Shown: positions 52,945 to 64,000 of the stretch, piece by piece
Layout: the number at the start of each line of letters is the position of its first letter
Numbering within the stretch: the stretch's first letter is position 1
From: Amoebidium appalachense
Taxonomy: Eukaryota > Protista > Ichthyosporea
NCBI GenBank assembly: GCA_963693365.1
Contig: CAVNZM010000007.1
Span: forward strand, 8,987,962-9,051,961
Direction of reading: 5' to 3'
DNA length: 64,000 nucleotides
Translations under genes and position numbers: made by a program
The notes under the pieces: model-generated
Database searches by the model: none
Seen by the model: only the letters and a program-made list of their open reading frames with translations
What the model was told of the DNA's origin: nothing

Positions 52945-53475
52945 GGTCAGGGCACGGGCCTACAGCCCCCAGCAGGTGTCTCTGGTGGGAGTAAGCATGA
53001 ATGTATGTCAAACATAGAGATTGGAGGAGAAGGGGCTACGAGGAAGGAGGGGTGGGGAGGGGGGGAGGGGGGGAGGGAAGAAGGGGGGGGGGGGGGGGGG
53101 GGGGTGAGGGGGGGGGAGGGGAGGCAGGGGGAGGAGGGGTGGGGGGGAGGAAAGTATTTGTAAGGAGGTGATGAAACCAAGAAGGAGGGCTGAAGTGAAA
53201 GACCACAGTCGTTGAGGTAGCCTAAGATGCGGGGAGAAAAAAGGTGTGCCGTCTGTTCAGCAGGGCAGAGGGATTATTGGTAGAATTCGCACGCACATAT
53301 TGTGAGGTTACGCGTGCATGCGTAGGTGTGTGTGATTGAACACCTTTATCCCCACCCAACTCCCCCTTCGATTTCAGGATCGTGCTTCCTCTCTCTTTAT
53401 CCCTTTCTACATATGTGTCAACGTTGTGTGCATGTGCCTGCCTGCCTGCCTGGGATGTGTGTGCGTGCGCGCGCA

Positions 53476-53519
<44 letters not shown>

Positions 53520-54549
53520 CGCGCGCGTGTGGCTGTGTGTGTGCATGCGTGCGTGCGTAAGTGTAAGTAAGTTTTAGTGCCCTTGCGTGCCAATTTGAAT
53601 CTGTACTGAATGCGCGCCAGCGCAGACGAAAACTCAGCTACATGATGTCAACGAGTCTGTGCGAACATGCACCCTCGGCCTAACACGTCATTTTTGCGGT
53701 TGCAAGCGTATGGTGCCCTACCTGTTGATTGTCGTCCTCCCGCCCTCAATTTTCCCCTAATTCCTCTTTTTGCGTTCACAACGCCCTGCTTGCTCCTGGC
53801 TATTGTACCAACACTGTAAAAAATAAAAAAAATAAAAAAAGAACCTTTTGGCCACCAGATCAGATCTCTCTTGTGATGCCAACACTGTACCTACTACCAA
53901 TAAGGGGGCCTTACTGGCGTACTTAGAGTTACTGTGGTGTTGCAGCCTCTACACAGCCACCGGTGGGAGCACCTTCTAGATAACGTAGCATCCATGGAAG
54001 AAGACCCTCTCTGTATTAGAAAGATGGCCGAACACACAAGGAGTGAGTGATATCGATACGGCGGAGGTCGTTCGCTCTTCGGCCTCACTGAGTGCTGAGT
54101 CTCAGACTCGAATCATAGGTGAAGATTTTGCTTGGCTCAGTCCAGGGGTGCGTGTTTTACGCAAAATTTACGCAATTTCGGCTTTTTGTAAGCTTTGAGC
54201 CCTAGCCGCTTGCGACTTCAAGTCCCGGACCCTGACTTAGATCAATTCGAGTCAAGCCGTGGCTTAGGTCAGTTCGAGTCAGCCATAGGACGTGACTTGG
54301 TGGTGACTTGTTTTGTGGTGGGGCATGCATGCAAGTGTTGTGTCGTCATATAGCAAGGAGGCAAGCCGCGAATTTCTCGCCCCTTTTTACTGCCAACTCG
54401 CTCTCCATGGGTTGGCAACTGGTTGCCTGCCAGCTGCTGCTTTGCCAACCCCCTCCCTCCCTCCCTCCCCTCCCCCCCCCCCCCCCCCTCCCCCCCCCCC
54501 CCCCCCCCCTCTCCCCGTTGTGACATCATCAGTGTGAGCTTGCTCCGCA

Positions 54550-54850
54550 CAGCACTATTCTGCTAAAAGCAGAGTTATTCAGGCTGCAAAAGGCAGAAGT
54601 TATCCTGCTAAAGGCAGAGTTGTTCAGGCTGCAAAAAGCAGAATTAAGCTCTTGCAAAAGCAGGATGCACTCTACAAGAAGCAGAAGTATTCTGCTTTTA
54701 TCAGACTCACTCTGCTTTTAGCAAAATTATTCTGCTAGTGGTTTTAGCAGAATTTCCGCAAAAGGCAGAATTATTGTGCTCCCGGCAGCAGGATAAACTT
54801 GCCTCAACAGGATAATTCTGCAATTCTGCTGTTTGCACAATAAATCTGCA
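54550..54850. repeat. Dense array of GCAGA(A/G)/(T/C)TCTGC motifs in both orientations; possible MITE subterminal repeats
   Basis: CTGCTAAA(A/G)GCAGAGTT(A/G)TTCAGGCTGCAAAA(G/A)GCAGAA occurs twice in tandem, followed by many inverted copies (TTCTGCTTTTA, AGCAGAATT). Confidence 0.6.
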
Positions 54851-56031
54851 AACCATTCACGCAGACAATCAATCACCTCCAATTACTCTGACTGACATTA
54901 CGTACAGTAACTGTACTCTGGATCGCTCTCGTATGGTGTACTTTGCATGACATTTGATTTCTCCCTATCTATCTTTGTTTTTCAATGATTAGGAACACCA
55001 ACTTTGATGCCTAAATCCACACCCCTCTGCGACCACCAGCACCCGTTGCTGCTGCATCCACTATGCCGCATTGCGAGGTTGTATGTTGTGCCTGTCTCCA
55101 ATCATGCTGAACAATTACCCCCATCTGCCCGCTTTTCCAACCCCTGCCCCTCCCCCCCCCCCCCCCCCCCCTTTCCCTGCCCCCCTCACCCACCCCCTCC
55201 CCCAGTTGGGGCATCCTTGGGCTTTCTGAATTCTTATTCGCACGTATATATACGGGCAGCCCATATGCATCTTGAACACAGCCGTGCACATGCGCTCACC
55301 CACACACACAAACACAACCCCCCCCCCCCCCCCCTCCACCAACCAAAAAAAAAAAAAAGAAAAGTTGTGCTAGCAGAAACTGCCAAAAGTTAACTGGAGC
55401 CCCCCTCGGACACCCCGTGACCCTCTTGTGGGCATTCATCTCGGTTTGGCCGTCCTCGGCCCCCCACCACCCAACCGCCCACCCACCCCCTTACCCCCAC
55501 CCTGCTCCCTCTCTGACCCGACACCTCCTTCCCAAAGGTGCAATGATTCAGCCAGACTCCATCACGGGCTTTCCCTTCCCGTCGCATAGTCTTCTTTTGA
55601 ACAACTTGAAGAACCCCAGTCCGTGAAATATATTAAGCGTTACATGGCTACCAGGTTGGAACAGAGAATTTTTAGCAGGTCAGTCCTACAATTAAACCTA
55701 CAAATATCATCCTTAGCTTAGTTTGCAAGATCTTCATATTCCTCCTCTGTGCCTCCGCCCCTCCCTGCTCCCCCTCCCACCCTCCCCCCTTCTCCCCCCC
55801 CCCCCCCTCTCTTCCCCTCCCGACCCCCTCTCCCCTAACCCCCACTCTCTGCCCTCCCTTCCCTATCTACACCCCAATATCATATTTTTTGTAATACTAA
55901 AAGCTCTCTCGATAGCTGCTATCATAGCTATATCCGGGATAAGTTAAAAAAAAAAAAAAACTTTTGATTTGGCGAGTTGTTCTCCAGCTCTAAAGGGTGC
56001 CTCCGAGTCAATTACAATGCCTTTCCCATCC

Positions 56032-56092
<61 letters not shown>

Positions 56093-56837
56093 ACACACAC
56101 ACCACTACACACACCACCTCTTCCAGACGTAACAGGACAGTCATCTCGGTTTGGCCGACCTCGGGCTTTCTGCAGTTTGATTCCCATGTAAATCACGAGC
56201 AATGCCATATGTATTTTTTGAACACAGCCATGCACCTGCTCATACACAAACACACCGGCACATGTACACACTTTCACCACTATGATAACGTACACACGCA
56301 CGTCACACATACACAGGCACACACGCGATGGCATGCAGCAAAGGCGCGTGGGTATTTAACTGCTTCTCTTTATTTCATGGCTCAAACAGGTCAAAGTGCG
56401 ACTTAGGGTTGATAGTGAATCAGACCTTTCAGAACTGTAGAGAATTATTGTCGTGGGATGGTAATACTTTATGATGTACATTCAAGTTATGGGTATCTAG
56501 ATATGACAGCAACCTGACTTACTGAAAGACTCGTGGAAGGGACTTTGTGCACACATTGTGTTCCAGGCTTTTTTTTTTCTTTCTATCTTTTTCGTTCTTA
56601 GCCATGGAGCCCGGGATGGGGGGGTGGAGAGGGGGGGGGGGGGGGAGGGGGGAGGGGGGGGGGGGGGGGGGGGGGGGGGAGGGGGGGTTTCGAGCCAAAT
56701 GGGTAGATAACAGTGCACACATGTATCCGATAGTAGTTTTATGAGCTGCTACCTAGCATGAAGTTGCCACAACATGTTTTATGCAAATGCAGGCGGCTCT
56801 AGTCGAAGTTGAATCATGGAACTAGCCAGTATCATGA

Positions 56838-57466
56838 TCAAAGAGAATATTCACGGTCAAGTAGTGCCTTTATTGAGGCACACTCTGGGCCACGGGGGTC
56901 TATAGCAGGGAAGGCAGTATAGGGGTTGGGGAAGGTGCGGGCCAGTAGGCCGGTATTGGACAGCGCCCGTCCAAGCTGCAACAGACGTGCAGCCTCACTC
57001 TCCGCAATGGTCCTCCCTGCATGTGGATGTGCACGTGTTATAACGATTGTGTGTGCCAAGTGTTTTTTGTGGTGCCAATGCCAAGCGTCTTCGTAACTGT
57101 GCAGCGAGCCGTTTTCAACTGACAACAGGCCCCCTTTTATTTTTTTTAGATTCTTTGGGTTTTTAAGGGGGGTTTCCCCCCGGGCCGTCCTTTGCCAATA
57201 CCGCCGCAATGTGGCGAGTGCCGGCCCTCAGCACTTAGAAGTCAACCGTACGTACAGACGCATGGTGCGTTCTTCGATAAATAATATGGGTGGGTGTGTG
57301 GGTGGGTGACGTACCTAGTGCTTCCCTACCCCCCCCCCCCCCCCCCCCCTTCCCCCAAAATCGGACGGTCATGGAACGAACTTCAAAAGTATTATAGAAA
57401 AGGCTTCTGTTTTATTTTGTGTGTAAAGAAATCGAAGAGTCTAGTGTACGGTTGACCCCGGGGGAA

Positions 57467-57497
<31 letters not shown>

Positions 57498-57695
57498 TGG
57501 TTATAAGTGACAAGGAGTGAAAAAAGGGGTGGTGGTCAAGTGGGAAATCGGGGGGACTAACCTCTGATATGCATACTGACGTCCTTCTTGTGCTTGTGCT
57601 TTGATTCGGCCAACCGCAAAGAGGCAATGCAAAGGGCCTGCAGGCTGGGCACCGTGTTGATGCGGTGGCACATTAGCTGATGACCGTCCCACACT
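56838..57695 (-). CDS. Two candidate exons of an uncharacterised gene with a BC-box/SOCS-box-like motif; full extent unresolved
   Basis: Exon ending at 57562 (donor GTTAGT, phase 1) reads VWDGHQLMCHRINTVPSLQALCIASLRLAESKHKHKKDVSMHIR. It joins in frame to the CAG acceptor at 57016, reading GRTIAESEAARLLQLGRALSNTGLLARTFPNPYTAFPAIDPRG..., with a stop at 56838. No family-level recognition. Confidence 0.4.
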
Positions 57696-57711
57696 GTACC
57701 TTTTTTTTTTT

Positions 57712-57742
<31 letters not shown>

Positions 57743-58177
57743 GGGGGGAGGGGGGCCTTGAAGGAGGGGAGCCTCAGGGGAGGGAGCGGGGGTGGTTGGG
57801 TTAAGACAGTGAGAAATGGGGCACTGCTGGCTTAATTTCACCGAGGAAACGAGTTATGTGATTGTACGTGATTGCTTTGTGTACACATCGGCGCTTGCTA
57901 TTAGTTGCTTTGTAGGCCACCTTAGCCTCACAGTGTCCCGTCGATAGCCTTAAAAAAAAATTAAGGGGGGGGGGGGGGGGGGGGGGGGTGGTTTACATAG
58001 GGCGACTATGAATGCAGTAGTGCGCTTTATGTTCCTAATTAATCTACGTTGCCTGTGTGGGCGTATTTGCCTGTGTTCGTATTATTGATTTGGGTTAGGA
58101 TGGACCATGTGTGTATAGGGCGGCTACGCGGAAGGGCAGGGGGAAAGGAGGGGGGAAGAGGGGGGGGGGGGGGGAGG

Positions 58178-58216
<39 letters not shown>

Positions 58217-58399
58217 GGGCAAGTCGACATTACATTTAAATTCCCAGGTGATACTGTACATGTTTTTGAAGTTAGAAGGGGAAGGGGCAGGGGGGGGGGA
58301 AAGGAGGGGGGGGGGGGGGGGGGAGGGGAGGGGTTTGAACTCTCGGGTACCACTGTAGAGATGTTTTCAAACTTTTTCTGCGTGCCGGAGGGGGTGGGG

Positions 58400-58441
<42 letters not shown>

Positions 58442-59492
58442 CGAAGAAGGGTATATTCGCAATTTTCATTCTCAAACTCTCTGGTCCTACTGTAAATGTT
58501 TTTCCCCCGGGGTCCCCCCCCCCCCCCCCCCCTCTTTTTTTCTTTTCCTTTCGTTCCCCCCTCTTCTCTTTATTCAACTCCCGTCTTAATATTCTGCTTT
58601 TCTCCCTCCTTGCTTCCCGCTATCCTATTATTCAGTCGTCTTCTCAATCCCCCTTCTAAATCTTCTTCTTCAATTTCCCTTCAATGGCCATATCTTACGT
58701 CGGAATGGTGATCTCGATTAGAACCTAGGGGCTGCGCGGACTCACGCCGCGCGATATAAATGGTTCGTGATTGTCTCCACCAAGGAGTTTTCTTAAAAAT
58801 GCATGCCCCCAAAAATGTAGATTAAAAATAAAGAACTAAAAATAGGTATTTCGAAGCGGACGAAAGTCGAAGCTCTTGAGAAAGCTTGAACATGTGCACG
58901 ATAATAATGAGCTGATACGAAGGAAAGGCTCCTAGAGTAGGAGCCCTACTCTAACCTTTTAGGCTGTGTGATGTGATAGGCTACAGTTACTGTACGTCCA
59001 TTACGGGCATGTGTCTCTGTGAGATGTAGGAGAGGTGCAATGTCAACAGTTGGGGAGTTGTTCATGTCAGCGTACATATGGGTCAACTGGGAAAATTGGC
59101 ATTGCCAATTACACTAGTTGTCACATGACACACAATATGGTTGTTACCATGTGCGTGCAATCATACATAGGATTTCACGGCATAGGCAGGCACCGCTGCG
59201 TAAACCATTTTTGGCAAACTGATACAAATACACGTGAAATAGTAGGATGCCGTTCTTATGTACAAAATAGGCTATCCCCTCAGGCAAAAGCATTGTGGAC
59301 CTTTATTCAGGTTACGTTTCTCTATCCACTAGAGGAACATACACAGCAACAGTTACCAATTAGGACCTGTACTGCTGCTTTACCGCCCGTAGTAGGCCTC
59401 CCCTTCCCCCCGACAGAAAACATCAAACCAATTTTCAAGACTATTCGTCGCCCCACCCACCAGCAGTCGGAGGGGGAGCTCGGGGGGGAAAA

Positions 59493-59529
<37 letters not shown>

Positions 59530-59530
59530 G

Positions 59531-59574
<44 letters not shown>

Positions 59575-60747
59575 GGGGCGGGAAAGCAGCAAAGGGAACA
59601 AAGAGTGAGGTAGACCGAACGCGAATTTTACGAGAGATAGAATTAGCAAAGACAAAATGAAAAAAAAACCATGAATGCCATCTTTAGAATAACGCTCGAA
59701 CCACCCAAAATACAAAAAAAGTATACCACCGTCACATGTGACGCACAATATAATTAAGTCCTCTTTCAAGACCATATCGCTGCTACAAATCCCTCTTTCT
59801 CAACTGCTCTTCCGTCGGCTCCTCTGCCATATTCCGAAGCTCGGTTTCTCCTTCCGTGCAGCCGGCACACAGCTCCATCACTATCCACCTTGGCACATCC
59901 GTTTAAGCAACACACACATCCGCCCCCACCATTCTTAGTACTTCCTTTTCCTTGACCTACAGGTCGACCGCCCAGGGCAAGTCATCCGAAAGTGCCGTTT
60001 CGTTCAGCAAGCTGAGATGTAGGGTATGCTCAACAGGGACAAGCCTATGAGGATTCTGCCGTAGTTGAGTTGTGCCCGATCGCGATCGAGTGTCTGGGCC
60101 CTGTAAAATGGCATGAAAAATGTTTTTTTAAATCTTCTGTCCCTGTGTGGTGGTGGTTGGCATGTGAAAATATGGTACCGGGTGGTGGTGGGGAGGGGGA
60201 GGGGAGGGGGGAGGGGGGGACGGGGAGGGGGGGAAGAGGGGCGGTGAGTTAGCTATAGGTTTCCAAGAGTATGATATTTCATTCGGATGCTCCAATTTCT
60301 CGCTTCGACGCCAACCTCTAAACAAGAGATATCCCCCCCACTATGTATCATCACCACCCTCTCCATACATCACTGCACGCAATAGTTTCACCCTTGGCTC
60401 TCGACAGGAAAACAACAACATGCATTTTTGATTTTTTCAGCTGCTTTTTCCATCTTTGGTAGGGGTGTGTGCATAGTGGGGGGTGGGTGGGTGGGTGGGG
60501 ACCGGGGGGGGGGGGGGGAGGGGGGGGGGATGCAATGTTGGTAGAGAGTTGTACGTAGCGGGAGGCGTGGGGGGTTGGGGGCTCGGTTGCTATTTGACCT
60601 CTACTCGGGTTCTCGAACAATAATACCAGACTATGGTGAGAAAGTAACCGGCCATCCCATTCAAAAACCAGAAAAAGAAAATTTGCCGAACAGCTTGCAG
60701 GGGGAGGGAAGGGGGCCGTGGCCCCGCGCCGCCGGGGAGTCAGGCCC

Positions 60748-60798
<51 letters not shown>

Positions 60799-62095
60799 AA
60801 GAGAGACACAGAAACTTGGCCGTTTGTGTGTGCGTTTCAAGGGGGGGGGCGGGGGGGGGGGGGGGGGGAGGGGGGGGCAACCTCGTCCCAGGTTGGGCAC
60901 AGGGCTACGACAGCCTCTGCCTGCGCTGCAGGAAAGAACTCTCCCAATGCCAAAAGAGCCCCGTGCTATCATCTCGTAGCCGGTGGCTACCTGTAAACAT
61001 CTCTGTTCTGCCGGTCAACTGCAAAAAAGCAGGGGGGGGCAAGGGGGCGAGAACGAGGGAAAGGGGGATAACACGGATTGGAGGGGGGAGGGGGTGGGGG
61101 TGGGGTTGTGTAACGAACTGTAAAACGAAAAGAGGTGTGTGCTGGTAGATGCATGACTGGTAGTGATGGTGGAAGAAAGTGGGCTGCAAACACAGACGGA
61201 ATTGGTGGGAAACATACACGGTTCGGTGGAAAGGCTTGAGATTGACATGAAATAAGGATGAGCGCACCAGAGGTCGAAGAGTGTTTTTTTTTTGGGGGGG
61301 GGGGGGGGGGAGGGGAGAGGGGGGGGAGGGAAAGGGGGAAGCAAGGGAGGTTTACGAGAAGGGGTAGCCACAGGGGTGTGGGGAAGGAGGTGAAAACTAC
61401 TAAGCTTGGGGAGAGGGGCCAACACAAGAATGTGCGGTTCAAGCAGTGGAAAGTGGGAACAAGGAGGATGTGTGCATAGTGCGATGCCATGAACGATGCT
61501 CATTGGAAAAAGAGAACAGCATACCAGGACGAGCTGGAAAATCAATGCTGGGAAAAAGAAAAAGCTGCCGTGGTCCTCGTAACCTTGCGGTCATTTCCAT
61601 GTCTTCCGTTGGGAAAGATTTCTTCCTGACTCTTCATACGCCATTATCTAGGCAAGGTGGTGTAAATCAGCACGATGGGTAAAGAGGTTCGAATACTCTG
61701 TCTATTTCTTGGCCCAATATTCATTATCAAGAATATCATATGTATTCGTACATATGTAGGTACACTTGTAGAATAAACAAGGCCTCCTAGGTGACAAAAC
61801 ATGTTCCTCCTCTGTCCTTGTCAATTTTCCCTTATTGAGAGAGAATCAGTCTGCGAAGTGTTACGTAATCCCTCATTCCTAAACCATATATAGTTATTAA
61901 TGCTTTCCAACGATTCGGTTTTACATGCATTAGTATTCTATTGGTCTGCCCATGTTGCTTCGTCATCGAGAAAACGCACACGTGTTGGGCAACTTCCAAT
62001 TCAAAATCCACCTTGAACAGCTGTCTTGGGCGGCCCTGTAGCTGATTTCATTATAGGAAAGTATAGCTAGCTGGTTCAGTATTAGCACAGGGAAA

Positions 62096-62597
62096 ATGGG
62101 TGACCTGACGGAGGTTTTGAAGGAGCTCACCCCCTTTCTCACCAACCCCAACCCGCAGTTGCGGTCCCTGGCCGTAGCAAACATGGTGTGTGCCTGTGTG
62201 TCACTGTGCGTGTCGTGCCATGTGTGCATGCCTATGTCTCTGCGTTTGTACGCTCCTGCTTGCGTGGCTACGTGCTGGTGTGCTCGCGCTCGTGTGCGCG
62301 TGGCGTCCTGTCTGCCTGGTCTCCTGCGTGCGTGCATGGGTTCACAGCTGGGGATGTGCTTCTTGTGTGTACCTGAGAGTGCCCGCGCGTGTGTGTCGCC
62401 ATGTACATACCTGTGCACACTGTTGTGTTGCACGCGTCTGGTGCGAAAGCGTGTCAACGTTTGCTTTCATCGGTGTGAATTTTCCTCTTGGAAAAAAGGT
62501 GTTTGTGTGTGCATTGCTTCGTTATTGTAAACCTGTGGGCCGTGCTTCTGCAGATGGTGTGTGTGCAAGCGCGAGCGTTGCGTGTAAATGTGTCTGT

Positions 62598-62628
<31 letters not shown>

Positions 62629-63119
62629 GGGGGGGGGGAGGGGGAGGGGGGAAGGGGGGGAGGGGAGGCAGGGAGGGGGCGAAGAGGGGGAAAGAGCGGG
62701 TGGGAGGGGGAGGGGGGGGTTGTTAATGTGTGTGGGGGTGGGTGTGTGTGTGTGGGGGGGGGGGGGTTGGAGGGAGGGAGTTCAGACTGGCCGCGTGGCC
62801 GTGGCAAACGTGCCTGCGTACATACGTGTACTGCCTGCATTATAGTTTTTTTTTGTGCTGTGCTGTTTGTGCATCTGAGAGTGGTTTGATCCTACTGGCG
62901 CAGGAAACCAGGACCGCGGCGTTTTAGCTTGCAACTACAGAGGGCGAATGTTTCACCGTTGTGCACTATGCATGTTCTCTCGTGTAATTATTATAAGTTA
63001 CTTATCGATACACTGACCCCATGATGGTACAGTTCTCCCTCACAGGCTCTCAAGAATATTTCCCGTTTTTCCGGTCTCACCCGGACGCTGTCGACAGCTT
63101 TGTCAAAGTCGTTCAGTGG
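62096..63119 (+). CDS. HGH1: Probable HGH1 (FAM203, eEF2 chaperone), first two exons; continues past the right edge
   Basis: Exons 62096-62185 and 63033-63119 (GT-AG, CTGAC branch, phase 0) give [43 protein letters not shown], resembling the HGH1 N-terminus (ELxxFLxxPxxxxRxxAxxxxxxLTG). Only 59 aa are visible. Confidence 0.65.
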
Positions 63120-64000
63120 GTATCCCGTAGCTTCTTGCCTGAAGAACACACACACACACTCACTCACTCACTCGCTCACTCACCCACTCCCACTCCCACT
63201 CCCACTCCCTCTCCCTCTCCCTCTCCCTCTCCCGTTTCCTCTCCCATGCCCACACCCACACCCACACCCAAACCCACACCCACACCACACCTACTCGCAC
63301 TCGCACTCGCACTCGCACTCGTACCTGCACCCACACCCGGGCTCACACTCACACACACACATTTAAACACAAACACAAACACACACATGGACGCACGCAT
63401 ACACACACGCATGCACGCACGCGCGTGCGCGCGCACACACACACACACACGCACACACATGGTGGCACACTCAGTCACACATCACACACACGCGAACACA
63501 CACATTTAGGAACGCACGCCCAGTTAGGGATAAGCTAATTTTTACAAACATACGTCCATGGGCACACACATACACACACATGCCACGAGACATATGGACA
63601 CACAAGCACACATACACACACATAGAGATGGACAGAGCGATTGGACTGCTATAAGGGTGAGCGAAGGAGGGAGACAAAAGTGCACCCACACAAACATACA
63701 AGCAGGCACATTCCATCAACAAGGGAGATCGAGGGCGAAACACCAACATGCACCCGCACAGACAATAAAACCAGCCAAAAGTGTACACACGCACAACGAG
63801 GCGGACACACAGAGAAACGAATATACAAAGTTCCACAGCAATTCACAGCTACATTGTTCATCATCACGTGCAACATACACCTCCTCCCCCCTCCCCCCCA
63901 TCCCCCACCCCCCCTCTCCTCCCCATTTTGCCGATACAATGATGATCACCCCCACCACCTGCTGGGTCTACATGGAGCATTCCGGGGGCCTCTTTTGATT

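Overview
Eukaryotic nuclear DNA, intron-rich and saturated with simple repeats: poly-C/poly-G, (CA)n/(GT)n, (GCAC)n and (CT)n. Most entries in the supplied ORF track are translations of these repeats, not genes. Hand-splicing with phase checks gives six recognisable genes: the 5' part of a pectin-acetylesterase/Notum-family hydrolase (-, runs off the left edge); a 20-exon TBC1D15/17-like Rab-GAP with an N-terminal UBZ-type zinc finger (+); a 3-exon NodZ/GT23-like fucosyltransferase (-); a 19-exon DDX10/Dbp4 helicase (+); a 16-exon LKB1/STK11 kinase ending in CKQQ (-); and the first two exons of a probable HGH1 (+). A seventh, poorly defined minus-strand gene with a BC-box-like motif may lie near 56.8-57.7 kb. 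The strongest signal is an AT-AC (minor/U12-type) intron with a TTCCTTGAC branch site that splits the catalytic Asp codon of LKB1, at a different position from the known AT-AC intron of human STK11. Other observations are sense-strand poly-C tracts directly behind many weak 5' splice sites, three non-autonomous inverted-repeat transposons, and several hairpins and minisatellites. The animal-like LKB1 suggests a holozoan, possibly unicellular; this is inference. No tRNA, rRNA or CRISPR array was recognised.
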